NCBI GenBank assembly: GCA_965227295.1
Contig: OZ245742.1
Coordinates: forward strand, 3,328,001 to 3,392,000
DNA from: Leptonemataceae bacterium
GTDB taxonomy: Bacteria > Spirochaetota > Leptospiria > Leptospirales > Leptonemataceae
Direction of reading: 5' to 3'
Length of the DNA stretch: 64,000 bases
This document shows, piece after piece, positions 27,073-36,762 of this stretch. The notes beneath the pieces were generated by a model. It saw nothing but the letters and a program-made list of their open reading frames with translations. It did no database searches and was not told the DNA's origin. The position numbers were made by a program, and so were the translations under genes. Position 1 is the stretch's first letter. Every line of letters begins with the position of its first letter.

Positions 27073-30000
27073 TCAGCCGATTAACTTGCGCAATTTCTCA
27101 AGATCGCGATCCTCGGGATCAATCTTTGCTGCGGCCTCGGCGGTGGAGCGCGCGAGATCGGTGTCGCCCTGTAGTCGATGCAAATCGGCGAGATTGATCA
27201 GGTTCTTTACGTTCTCGGGTTCCATGGAACGCAGGCGTTCGGCGGCGCGCAGGGCCTCGGAATAGTTGCCGCGTTTTTTTTCGGCGAGGGATAGATAGAT
27301 CCAGAACTCGGAGAGGCGCGGGTCTTCGGTGAGATACTTGCTCAGCAGCTCCACGGCCTTTTCGTAGTCCTGTCCCTTGAAGCTTAACAGTCCCAATAGT
27401 TTGTTCAATCGCGAATGGGCCTGATCAATTTGATAGGCCTCGTTCAGAACGTTGATGGCCTGGCGCAGGTTGCCTTCCAGGTAGAGTTGTTTGCCGCGTT
27501 CCAGGAGTTCGTCGAAGGCCAGGTCGCCGCGGTGCCGACTGCTATCGTAGTCGCCGGCGTTTTCGTCCAGATCAACGTCATCGCCGTTCAAACGCGGGCG
27601 AACGCTGGCCGCCAGGTTTTCTTCGAAGCGTTCTTCGAGGGCCGACGCTTCCACGCCGCTTTCCTGAAAGCCGATGCGCAACAACGAAAGGTCGTCGGTT
27701 AGTTCGCCGTGATCACGCAACGCGCGTTCGATGTGATGCAGTTCCGTACCGACTTCCTGAACGACGCGCAGGAACAGAAACTCATCTTCGTTGATGTCGC
27801 GCTTTTCGGCGTTCGGAGTAAGGTTGATGTCGTCGCGGCCGTCGGATCCCATGAGCACGACGTCGCCGGGCTGCAGTTGAAAGCGAAAGACCTGAAACTG
27901 GAACTCGGAGTCCAGGCCGAGCTTGCGCAAATTGAGACCTTCTTCAATGAAACTGGTCTGCCCGTTGCGCCACAACAGCGTTTGCGGATGTTCGGCGTTG
28001 AAGTACAACGATTCGCCGGTTTGATCGTTCACCAGCCACACCACGCACGAAATCACCATGGAACCGTCGAAGGTCTTAAACACGCCGTGGATTTCATCGT
28101 AGAGATCCTTGAGCCATTGCTCCGGGCTGACCTCCAGCACGCGTCCGCCGGAAGCCGAGCGGGCCATGATCGAATTCATGACGACGCCCATTACCAGCGA
28201 ACCGCCCGCGCCCTGCATGGACTTGCCCATGGCGTCGCCGTTCATGCCCATGGTCCAGCGCTCGAAGGGGCCGCGGGGATCGTTCGGCGCGGCGTCGTTG
28301 CGATTGCTGTCCGGGCCCGGGCGGAACTTCAGGTTGCCGGTCACGCAAATGTCGCCGCCCAGGTCGCCCTCGCGCTCGCGAAACTCGAAGCGTTTCTTCT
28401 GGCGGATGATAAAATCCGTTGAGATGAACTTAGACTTGTTGGCATTGAAGAAGAGCGGTTTCGCGAGCAGCGAGGTGAGGAAGTAGTCGCCGTCCTGCTG
28501 GACCTTAAGCCGCTGCACCTCTTCCATCTTTTCCCGGACTTCGCGAGTGCGTTCTTCGACTTTCTCTTCGAGGTTTTCGGCGTAGTCCTGGAGTTTGATC
28601 CGGGCGTCGCGAATGGAGCGGACCATGGAATTGAACGAGCCCGCCAGGTAACCGATCTCGTCCTGAACCTTGATGGGCACCTGTACGTCGAAGTCGCCGT
28701 TGTTTACTTCTTTTACGCCGCCGAGTAAATCGTTGAGCGGCTTGACCAGAGACGAACGGAAGAACAGCGGAAAGATGAACAGAATGGCGAACGAAGACAC
28801 GAGGATCGTGTATACGAGGCGTTTGCCGGTGGTGTGAATGTAGGCGCGATAATCTTTGTACGAAAAGCCGACCTCGTAGCGTCTGCCGCCCGCCTCGAAG
28901 TCGAAGTGCGTGTAGTACAGCGCCGCGTCGCGATAGAGGCGGGTGAGCAGGGGCTGCGTTTCGGTCTGGATGTTCACCGTGGCCCGGGCCGCGGCTTCCT
29001 CGGGACCGAGATCGACGAACTCCTTCTGAAGTTTCGCCGCCTCCACCGGTACGCGGCGGGCGAGCATGCGCTCTTCGCCGGCCTTCACGCGTTGCAGAGA
29101 GAACACGGCGTCGCGTTCGTAGTGCAACTCGTAGGCGGCGCCGACGGCAGGGGCCGCCGCCGAGCGGGAGATGACGTAGGCGACGGACTCCGGTAGATCA
29201 TTGAACTCACCGCGCAGGATGGAGCTGCGAGAGTTTTTGACTTCGGCCAGGCGTTCGCGGTCGTAAGACGCCTCGTTCAACGTAAGTGTGATGTTGCTTA
29301 CGATGCCGAGGACGAGCAGCAACGTTACCAGGGAAATGCCCACGAGCTTTACCATGAAGGTCGTCGGCTCCGGGGAGTTGTTCATGTAGGCCATGAACAT
29401 ACCGAAGAGCGCCAGGATCGAACCGATGGAGTAGAGGTACGCGTAGACCTCGTTCGAAACGAGGCCGGCCTTGTTCAGCGCGTTCGCGATGCCCACGCCG
29501 ATCAGCAACAGAATCGCCACCGCGAAGCTGCGGGTGGCCACGGCGTCGCGTCCCTTCGGAAACAAAAGGATCACCGGACCCACGAGCAGGCGCGCCCCGA
29601 TAAACGAAAACAAGCGCGGCGAGAACAAAGACGGCGGACGTTTCACCGCATCACTCAGAAAACCTTCGTAGTGCGAGTGGCGAATGGTCTTGCGCAGAAA
29701 GATGAAGAGCGACCAGGTGAACAACGAGAGGATCGTGACGGCGACGATTTGACCGGGAACGGCGGCGTCCAGGTTGTAGTAGTGCGCGGGAAAGACGTAG
29801 AACGTGTCGCCGCCGAAGGTGGCCTGCACGAAGTATGCGTAGACGGAGACGGCGGCCACGGCACCGAGGCTGACCATGACCACGCTCTCTTTCGGATGAT
29901 CGTTGCGCGGGTAATTGTACGCGAACAGCATCAACGAAACCTGGCTGAAGAGCACGCTCACCGTGAGATAGCGATGGTAGGCGGCGAACTCGTCGAAGAC

Positions 30001-30183
30001 CGTATACGAGATGAGATAGCCGTAGAACATGGTGCTGTTGAAAAGGAACGCACCGAAGAGGGCCCAGGTGGGCAGAGACTTCCGCGGTTTCAATAGAAGA
30101 TAGAGCGTGATGATGGTGCAGGTGAGGGCCGGCGTAAAGACGTCGGTGGAATGATACGAAAGCAGGAAGTTCTCTTGCCACAT
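27073..30183 (-). CDS. Membrane-bound SpoIIE (PP2C) family phosphatase with HAMP domain and C-terminal TPRs
   Basis: Multiple TM segments; HAMP DEIGYLAGSFNSM; QQDGDYFLTS, GGD, NGDAMGKS, NAEHP, GSDGRDD, TDDLS; TPR helices. Confidence 0.9.
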   Translation of the reverse strand: MWQENFLLSYHSTDVFTPALTCTIITLYLLLKPRKSLPTWALFGAFLFNSTMFYGYLISYTVFDEFAAYHRYLTVSVLFSQVSLMLFAYNYPRNDHPKESVVMVSLGAVAAVSVYAYFVQATFGGDTFYVFPAHYYNLDAAVPGQIVAVTILSLFTWSLFIFLRKTIRHSHYEGFLSDAVKRPPSLFSPRLFSFIGARLLVGPVILLFPKGRDAVATRSFAVAILLLIGVGIANALNKAGLVSNEVYAYLYSIGSILALFGMFMAYMNNSPEPTTFMVKLVGISLVTLLLVLGIVSNITLTLNEASYDRERLAEVKNSRSSILRGEFNDLPESVAYVISRSAAAPAVGAAYELHYERDAVFSLQRVKAGEERMLARRVPVEAAKLQKEFVDLGPEEAAARATVNIQTETQPLLTRLYRDAALYYTHFDFEAGGRRYEVGFSYKDYRAYIHTTGKRLVYTILVSSFAILFIFPLFFRSSLVKPLNDLLGGVKEVNNGDFDVQVPIKVQDEIGYLAGSFNSMVRSIRDARIKLQDYAENLEEKVEERTREVREKMEEVQRLKVQQDGDYFLTSLLAKPLFFNANKSKFISTDFIIRQKKRFEFREREGDLGGDICVTGNLKFRPGPDSNRNDAAPNDPRGPFERWTMGMNGDAMGKSMQGAGGSLVMGVVMNSIMARSASGGRVLEVSPEQWLKDLYDEIHGVFKTFDGSMVISCVVWLVNDQTGESLYFNAEHPQTLLWRNGQTSFIEEGLNLRKLGLDSEFQFQVFRFQLQPGDVVLMGSDGRDDINLTPNAEKRDINEDEFLFLRVVQEVGTELHHIERALRDHGELTDDLSLLRIGFQESGVEASALEERFEENLAASVRPRLNGDDVDLDENAGDYDSSRHRGDLAFDELLERGKQLYLEGNLRQAINVLNEAYQIDQAHSRLNKLLGLLSFKGQDYEKAVELLSKYLTEDPRLSEFWIYLSLAEKKRGNYSEALRAAERLRSMEPENVKNLINLADLHRLQGDTDLARSTAEAAAKIDPEDRDLEKLRKLIG

Positions 30184-30264
30184 AAGTGATGAATCATCAT
30201 CCGGCAGGGCCGCAGAGCAACCACAAAACACTTGAGGTGCTCCGCACAATCATCAGTATGCCGC

Positions 30265-31164
30265 GTGGACTTCGGACGCGTACTGCCGGATGAACTCGAC
30301 CGCATAGATTTTGCGCTGCCTCGTGAACCGGAGCGCAACGCACAAATCCTGCAAACGCCGCCGCGCGCGGAGGCGCCATCGGTGTATGTGGCCTGTCCGG
30401 TGTGGAATCACCCCGGCTTCGTGGGATTGATCTATCCCGAAAACGCGAAGCCCGCCGACGCGCTCCGTCATTACGCCCGCTCGTTCCCGGCCATCGAGCT
30501 GAACACGACGTACTATGGTGTGAACGTGGAGAATCTGCGACGCTGGCGGGAGGCGGTGCCGGCGGGATTCAAGTTCGCGCCCAAGCTTACGAAAGAGATC
30601 AGCCACGAGCGCTGTCTGGTGAACTGCGAGGAACTCACGCTGCAATTCTGCAACGCCGTCCAGGAGTTGGGCGATCATCTGGGCCCGCTGTTTCTGCTGC
30701 TCGGCCCGAACTTCGGTCCCGATCGTTTCGGCGTGCTCGCGCACTATCTCGAACGATTTCCGCGCGGCGTTGCGTTGTCGATCGAGTTGCGCCATCCGGC
30801 CTGGTTTCAGCGCGGTGGCCCGGACGTTTTCGATTTGTTCGCGGAGCATAACGTCATCGCGGTGATTACGGATGTGGCCGGCCGTCGCGACGTGGCGCAC
30901 ATGCGGTTGACTGCGAAGACCGCGGTCGTGCGCTTCGTCGGCAATCGTTTGCATGCCACGGATTTCGCGCGCGTCGACGCCTGGGTCGAACGCCTGGCGT
31001 CGTGGATCGATGCGGGTCTCGAGTGCGTGTATTTTTTTCTGCACCAGCCCTCGGAAGATTTGAACGTGCCGGTGGCGGAGCATTTGATTCGCGCGCTCAA
31101 CGATCGGTTGGGACTCGACCTGGCACTGCCGCGACGCGTGGCGAAGCAACAGGAACTTTTTTGA
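30265..31164 (+). CDS. DUF72 (YecE-like) domain protein
   Basis: YARSFPAIELNTTYY, FKFAPKL, SIELRHPAWF, VYFFLHQP. Confidence 0.9.
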   Translation: MDFGRVLPDELDRIDFALPREPERNAQILQTPPRAEAPSVYVACPVWNHPGFVGLIYPENAKPADALRHYARSFPAIELNTTYYGVNVENLRRWREAVPAGFKFAPKLTKEISHERCLVNCEELTLQFCNAVQELGDHLGPLFLLLGPNFGPDRFGVLAHYLERFPRGVALSIELRHPAWFQRGGPDVFDLFAEHNVIAVITDVAGRRDVAHMRLTAKTAVVRFVGNRLHATDFARVDAWVERLASWIDAGLECVYFFLHQPSEDLNVPVAEHLIRALNDRLGLDLALPRRVAKQQELF

Positions 31165-31227
31165 TTATTACAGGAAGATGTGAGGGAGGCAGGAAGGAAC
31201 AGCTGGATTGATCTGAGAGTCACATTT

Positions 31228-31347
31228 TTTGGGCGTCTCCCTCGCTGCGCGAGGGACCGCGCTACTCCGGGCTCCGCTATCGCTTCGGTCTTTGCTTCGC
31301 AAAGACTCGCTTCGCGACCCTCCGTATCGCTGACGCGAAGAGTCGAA
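31228..31347 (+). repeat. Structured REP-like element, GGGCG...ATCGCTGACGCG family, copy 1
   Basis: Shares ends and hairpin order with 47133-47246 and 54845-54973. Confidence 0.85.
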
Positions 31348-31353
31348 TACCTC

Positions 31354-31707
31354 TCAACCTCCCTGTGGATTCTTCCCATTCCACCCGTACGTGCGCAGAT
31401 CAATCCGCCCGCCGTCGCTAAACATCACGCCTTCTTGCTTTAACAAGCGCATCTGCCGATCCCCGCCGCTCTCCTTCGGCAACGAGATCTTCGCAAGGCC
31501 CTTGCCGGCGCTACCGACGACCCGCTGCCAGGGTAACTTCAGTTTCTTTGATGACGAATGCAACACGTACGAAACCGTGCGTGCCGCGCGTGGATGGCCG
31601 GCGAGTTTCGCGACGGTGCCGTAGGTCGCTACACGGCCGGGGGGGATCGCCAGGATTACGGCGACGATGCGATCATACAGAGACAGGGACGAATCTTTCT
31701 GCGCCAT
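31354..31707 (-). CDS. Alkyltransferase-like protein (Atl/YbaZ, MGMT family)
   Basis: IPPGRVATYGTVAKLAG.PRAARTV; PWQRVV with Trp in place of the catalytic Cys. Confidence 0.88.
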   Translation of the reverse strand: MAQKDSSLSLYDRIVAVILAIPPGRVATYGTVAKLAGHPRAARTVSYVLHSSSKKLKLPWQRVVGSAGKGLAKISLPKESGGDRQMRLLKQEGVMFSDGGRIDLRTYGWNGKNPQGG

Positions 31708-31837
31708 TCGGAAACATACTGAAAAGAGCGGCGCAATCGGCGCAAGTGATTCAATAAACCGCACAAAAGCCGGTGTCCACGTTAGCGCTCTGTTAAACCC
31801 TGTTGTAGGCATTGCGTGGCCGGTGCACACTCAGTGC

Positions 31838-34273
31838 ATGGCTGAAGAAACGCTGACCCCGATTGAATTCGATACGACCGGCATCGACCCGGCCCGCAAC
31901 GGCGATGAACTCGGCCGATCCATTGCGGTATCCGGTGACGTGCTGGCGATCGGTGTACCGAACGATAACACCGTCGAGTCGGACGACGGCACCGTGGTGA
32001 TCTTTCGTGAGATCGGCGGCGTTTGGACGTACGACGCGAAAATCACGGCGAGCAATCCGGGCAAGAACGACCACTTCGGATACGCGGTGGCGCTGGATCA
32101 TACCGGCACGCGCCTGGTCGTCGGGGCCCCGGACAACGATGAAAACGGGATAAGCAATGCCGGCGCCGCCTACGCGTTTCACTACGACGAGGGCACGTCG
32201 GCCTGGGTGGAGATCGCTCGATTTGTCGGTGAGGATTTCGGCATCGCTGAAGAAGAGGCGTCTGCGCGCATCGGTTCCGCCGTATCGATCTCCGGCGACT
32301 ACATTGCGGTTGGATCGTACCAGCAGGATCACGGCGGCTTCAGCAACGCGGGCTCGGTCTATGTTTATAAGTACGATTCCGTTACCGAAGATTACTTTCC
32401 GGACGGCGCTATCCTCAATGAACCCACGCCCGGCGACGGCCATTACTTCGGCAAGTCCGTGGCTCTCGAAACCCGCAGCGGCGATCCGATTCTGGTCGTC
32501 GGTGCCGAAGAAAGTTACGTCTACGATTCCAAAGGCGGCGCCGTGTACGTTTACCGTCGCGACGCCGGCACGGAGACCTGGGAGCTTGAGCAAAGCCTCT
32601 CCGTTCCGGGCATCAACAACGCCGACCGCTTCGGCGCGGCGGTGGCCATCCACTACGATCGCATTGCCGTGGGCATGAGCTACGGCGACGGTCCGCCGAC
32701 GAACTGCGGTCTGGCCCACATCTTTGAGTACCAGGGAGCCGGCGGCTGGGTGCATAGCGCGACGCTGAAGGCCTCGAACGCCGCCGCCGCGGATCGCTTC
32801 GGCAACGCCATCGACGTGGACGGGGATACGGTCGTCGTCGGTGCGACCCACCGCGACGGGGAAAACGGCGATACCGGGGCCATCTACGTGTATCGTTACC
32901 TGCCCGGTGACGATGTCTGGAATGAAGTCGCTTTCCTTGAGCCGTTGAGTCCGGCCGAGGAAAACAGCGCCTACGGCACTGCCGTATCCGTGGAGGGCCG
33001 CTGGGTGGTCGCCGGGGCACCGAAACAAACTCGCGGCGATTACAACTCCGGTGCGGCCTACGGCTATCGCTTCTCCCACGGCGGTCCCGTACGTGCGGGG
33101 GAACGGTTCGCGGCCCCGGGATCGAATCCGCCGGGGGACCGTTTTGGTCAGGCGGTCTACCTCGACGGCACCGGTACCGGCGCCGTCGTCGGAGCACCGA
33201 ACGAGGACGGCAGCGGCGGCGGCTCCGCCTACTCCCTAACTTATGATGCCGTTAACTTAGAATGGGAGCTGGACGGCGCCATCGATCCCGGCGAACCCAC
33301 CGCCACCTTCGGCAGTGCCGTCGTCATCGACCCCGTGGACCCCGACCGTTGTTTCATTGCCGACGCCGACGGGACGGCCGCGAACGGCGCGCCGCAATCC
33401 GGGGCGGTCTACTTCTTCGAACGCCAGGCCGGGACCTGGACCATGCAGACGAAGCTGGCCCCGGAATCCGGGCGCCTCGGTCGCCGCTTCGGTTGGTCTC
33501 TGGCCTTAGATGAAAACGGTGCGCGGTTAGTCGTCGGCGCGCCCGGCGACGACGAACGCGGCCCGTCTGCCGGGGCGGTCTACGTCTACGACTACGACGG
33601 CAGCACCTGGAATTTTACGACGAAGCTAAGCGTCGAAAACTCGGGGCTGTCGTTCTTCGGATACTCCGTGGCCGTGCGGGGCAATCGCATCGCCGTGGGC
33701 ATGCCCGGTTTCGGTCCTCGCGGCAGCAATCGCGGTCGGGCCCTTGTCTTCGAGGTGGACGCCTCCGGAACGGTACTGAAGCGCCACGAGGTGCCGCATC
33801 GCCCGGTGGATCACGAGCTCTTCGGCTGGACCGTGGCGCTGGATGTCGGCGATGCGCTCTACGTCGGCGCGGTGCGCGGCCGGCGTCTGGGCGTCGGCGC
33901 GGGGGCGGTCTACGTCTACGACTATGTTTCGGGCAGCGAAAGTTACGCGCTGCGTGAGCGCGTTCTGCCGGAAGCCGGGCAGATCGGCGACAACTTCGGT
34001 CGTGCAGTGGCGGTGGATTCCGGGACCGCCTCGCTCATTGTCGGCGCCGCCTCGGACATTCGCGGCGGTTACGCCACGGTCTTTCAGCCGGACAGCGGTG
34101 TTCTGACGAGTACGCAGCAGTTCGACGTCGGTTCGTCCACGGAGCAGGCCGGCGATCACTTCAGCCGGGCATTGTCCGCGGCAAGCGGCAAGCTCATCGT
34201 CGGCATCCCCCGGGACGACGAACTCGGCGGGGAGAGCGGCTCGGTGGCGTTCTACGAACTGGGAGCGCCTTGA
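31838..34273 (+). CDS. FG-GAP (integrin-alpha-like) repeat protein, 14 repeats forming two 7-bladed propellers
   Basis: Fourteen FG.sVA...VVGAP...GAVYVY units counted by eye. Confidence 0.9.
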   Translation: MAEETLTPIEFDTTGIDPARNGDELGRSIAVSGDVLAIGVPNDNTVESDDGTVVIFREIGGVWTYDAKITASNPGKNDHFGYAVALDHTGTRLVVGAPDNDENGISNAGAAYAFHYDEGTSAWVEIARFVGEDFGIAEEEASARIGSAVSISGDYIAVGSYQQDHGGFSNAGSVYVYKYDSVTEDYFPDGAILNEPTPGDGHYFGKSVALETRSGDPILVVGAEESYVYDSKGGAVYVYRRDAGTETWELEQSLSVPGINNADRFGAAVAIHYDRIAVGMSYGDGPPTNCGLAHIFEYQGAGGWVHSATLKASNAAAADRFGNAIDVDGDTVVVGATHRDGENGDTGAIYVYRYLPGDDVWNEVAFLEPLSPAEENSAYGTAVSVEGRWVVAGAPKQTRGDYNSGAAYGYRFSHGGPVRAGERFAAPGSNPPGDRFGQAVYLDGTGTGAVVGAPNEDGSGGGSAYSLTYDAVNLEWELDGAIDPGEPTATFGSAVVIDPVDPDRCFIADADGTAANGAPQSGAVYFFERQAGTWTMQTKLAPESGRLGRRFGWSLALDENGARLVVGAPGDDERGPSAGAVYVYDYDGSTWNFTTKLSVENSGLSFFGYSVAVRGNRIAVGMPGFGPRGSNRGRALVFEVDASGTVLKRHEVPHRPVDHELFGWTVALDVGDALYVGAVRGRRLGVGAGAVYVYDYVSGSESYALRERVLPEAGQIGDNFGRAVAVDSGTASLIVGAASDIRGGYATVFQPDSGVLTSTQQFDVGSSTEQAGDHFSRALSAASGKLIVGIPRDDELGGESGSVAFYELGAP

Positions 34274-34437
34274 GGGAAGAAGAATTTACACCGAGGCGCC
34301 GAGACACCGAGGGAAGAGGTGGAGGCTAACGTAATCTGGTTGCTGGTTAGCAATTAGGGTGTTGGTGTTTGTTTTTTTGGGTAAAGATTTTTCAGCCCCG
34401 TCGCGGAGCCGGCATCACTCTCCGGTAGAGAAAAGCA

Positions 34438-34540
34438 TTCGCCGTGATCCATACGTTGTAAGGCGACCACGGATGGTCGCCCCCGGGCCGCTAAGCGCAG
34501 GATGCGCGCTGCGGCCCGGCAACGTATGGATTACGCCGAA
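34438..34540. repeat. Branched palindromic element immediately downstream of rnpB
   Basis: CGTGATCCATACGTTG / CAACGTATGGATTACG outer stem enclosing GGCGACCA-CGGA-TGGTCGCC and CCGGGCCGC..GCGGCCCGG. Confidence 0.65.
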
Positions 34541-34544
34541 GCGT

Positions 34545-34893
<349 letters not shown>

Positions 34894-35003
34894 ACAATAG
34901 AAAGAGACGGCGCGTTTCACGAATTTGCAACAGTTTTTCGTAAAGGATTCTTCGCGCCAGGGCACCGCGCTGAAGCGAAGAACAAAACGCGTTGTACCAA
35001 AAC

Positions 35004-35360
35004 TTACCGCGCGAATACTTCATCCTCGTGTTCGATGATGCGTTCTTCGGGAATCATGCGCGACAACAGCAGCATCTCGCGCAGATAACCAGGCGGGCGG
35101 CAGGCAAATACCGCCGTGTGCAGGACGTTCGCGCGGTGCATGAGAAAGACCAACTCGGCCGCGCCGCGGGAGTCCGTGGCCTCGATGCCGCCCAGGTCGA
35201 TGACGACCGTGCGGGCGCCACGGTTGACGAGATCGCGGACGGCGTAGCTCAGTCTGCCCGCCGAACTGCGGTTCAAGACGCCGGCCACGGTGAGGACCCC
35301 GGCGCGACCGTTCGATTCAAAGGCCGACTCGATCTTCAGCGGTACCGGCGCGGTGAGCAT
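35004..35360 (-). CDS. STAS domain protein (anti-sigma factor antagonist)
   Basis: VLTVAGVL, VVIDLGGIEATDSRG with the phosphorylatable Ser. Confidence 0.8.
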   Translation of the reverse strand: MLTAPVPLKIESAFESNGRAGVLTVAGVLNRSSAGRLSYAVRDLVNRGARTVVIDLGGIEATDSRGAAELVFLMHRANVLHTAVFACRPPGYLREMLLLSRMIPEERIIEHEDEVFAR

Positions 35361-35432
35361 GCCCCGTAACTAACGTACGCCCGGCGACGATTTCGTGACC
35401 GGCGTATTGCAGATGCGCGAATTCGTGCGACG

Positions 35433-36614
35433 TTAGAGTTTCACCCGCACGCTCTGGGCGCTCTTCGCGGCTTTGGCGCGGGCCTCTTCCAGGGTGGCTC
35501 CCCGGGCCAGGGCCACCCCCATGCGGCGTTTGCCGTGCACCTCGGGTTTGCCGAAGAGCCTTAAGTGCGTGTCAACATCAGCTAAGGCCTGCTCCAGGTT
35601 TTCGAAGACGACGTTGTCCGAATCTCCCTCGACGAGCAGGGCATGAGAGGCCGCCGGACCGTTCTGGTGAATGTGCGGGATGGGCAGGCCCAGCAGCGCC
35701 CGGGCGTGCAGGGCGAACTCGGAGAGATCCTGGGAAATGAGCGTGACCAGGCCGGTGTCGTGGGGCCGCGGGCTGACCTCACTAAAGTACACTGAATCGC
35801 CCTTAACGAAGAGTTCCACGCCGAAGACGCCGCGGCCGCCCAGGTTTTCGGTGACGGTCCTGGCCATGCGGCGGGCCTCGCCCAGGGCCGGTCCGGACAT
35901 GGGATGCGGCTGCCAGGACTCGCGGTAGTCGCCGTCCACCTGCACGTGACCGATGGGGTCGCAGAAGTCCGTGCCCCCGACATGGCGGACGGTGAGCAGG
36001 GTGATCTCGTAATCGAAGTCGATGAAACCTTCCACGATGACCCGGCCTTCGCCGGCCCGCCCGCCCGCCTGGGAGTACCGCCACGCGCGATCGATGTCGC
36101 GTTTTTCGCGGACCACGCTCTGGCCTTTTCCGGAGCTGGACATGACCGGCTTCACGACGCAGGGCAGGCCGAGTTGTTCCACGGCCGCGTGGTACTCCGC
36201 TTCCGTCGACGCAAAGGCGTACGGCGACGTCGGTAACTTCAGTTCTTCCGCGGCCAGGCGACGAATGCCCTCGCGGTCCATGGTCAATCGTGCCGCGCGG
36301 GCCGTGGGGATGACGGTAAAACCTTCGCTTTCCAGTTCGGTCAGCGTGTCAGTGGCGATGGCTTCGATTTCCGGAACGATGTAGTCGGGCTTTTCCCGTT
36401 CGATGATCTTCCGCAACTGCGCGCCGTCGAGCATCGGCAGGACGTGCGCACGATGGGCGACCTGCATGGCCGGCGCATTTGCGTAACGATCCAGGGCGAT
36501 GACTTCGATGCCGAAGCGCTGGAGTTCGAGGACGACTTCTTTGCCGAGCTCTCCGCTCCCGCACAGGAGTACCTTCGTCGCGTGTTTCGAAAGGGGCGTG
36601 CCGATGCTGACCAT
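35433..36614 (-). CDS. purT: Formate-dependent phosphoribosylglycinamide formyltransferase
   Basis: [49 protein letters not shown]. Confidence 0.97.
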   Translation of the reverse strand: MVSIGTPLSKHATKVLLCGSGELGKEVVLELQRFGIEVIALDRYANAPAMQVAHRAHVLPMLDGAQLRKIIEREKPDYIVPEIEAIATDTLTELESEGFTVIPTARAARLTMDREGIRRLAAEELKLPTSPYAFASTEAEYHAAVEQLGLPCVVKPVMSSSGKGQSVVREKRDIDRAWRYSQAGGRAGEGRVIVEGFIDFDYEITLLTVRHVGGTDFCDPIGHVQVDGDYRESWQPHPMSGPALGEARRMARTVTENLGGRGVFGVELFVKGDSVYFSEVSPRPHDTGLVTLISQDLSEFALHARALLGLPIPHIHQNGPAASHALLVEGDSDNVVFENLEQALADVDTHLRLFGKPEVHGKRRMGVALARGATLEEARAKAAKSAQSVRVKL

Positions 36615-36762
36615 GCAACAAGCACGATTTGCACGGAGGGGTTTCGTGCAAGTGTTTTATTGTGAACGGTTTCTGTTCTACGTAGTACGTAACAGAATTC
36701 TGACAATCGTCGCGAGTATTTTGATTGAGTTTGCTCGGATCGTCGCGCTTAAAAAAGATAAC

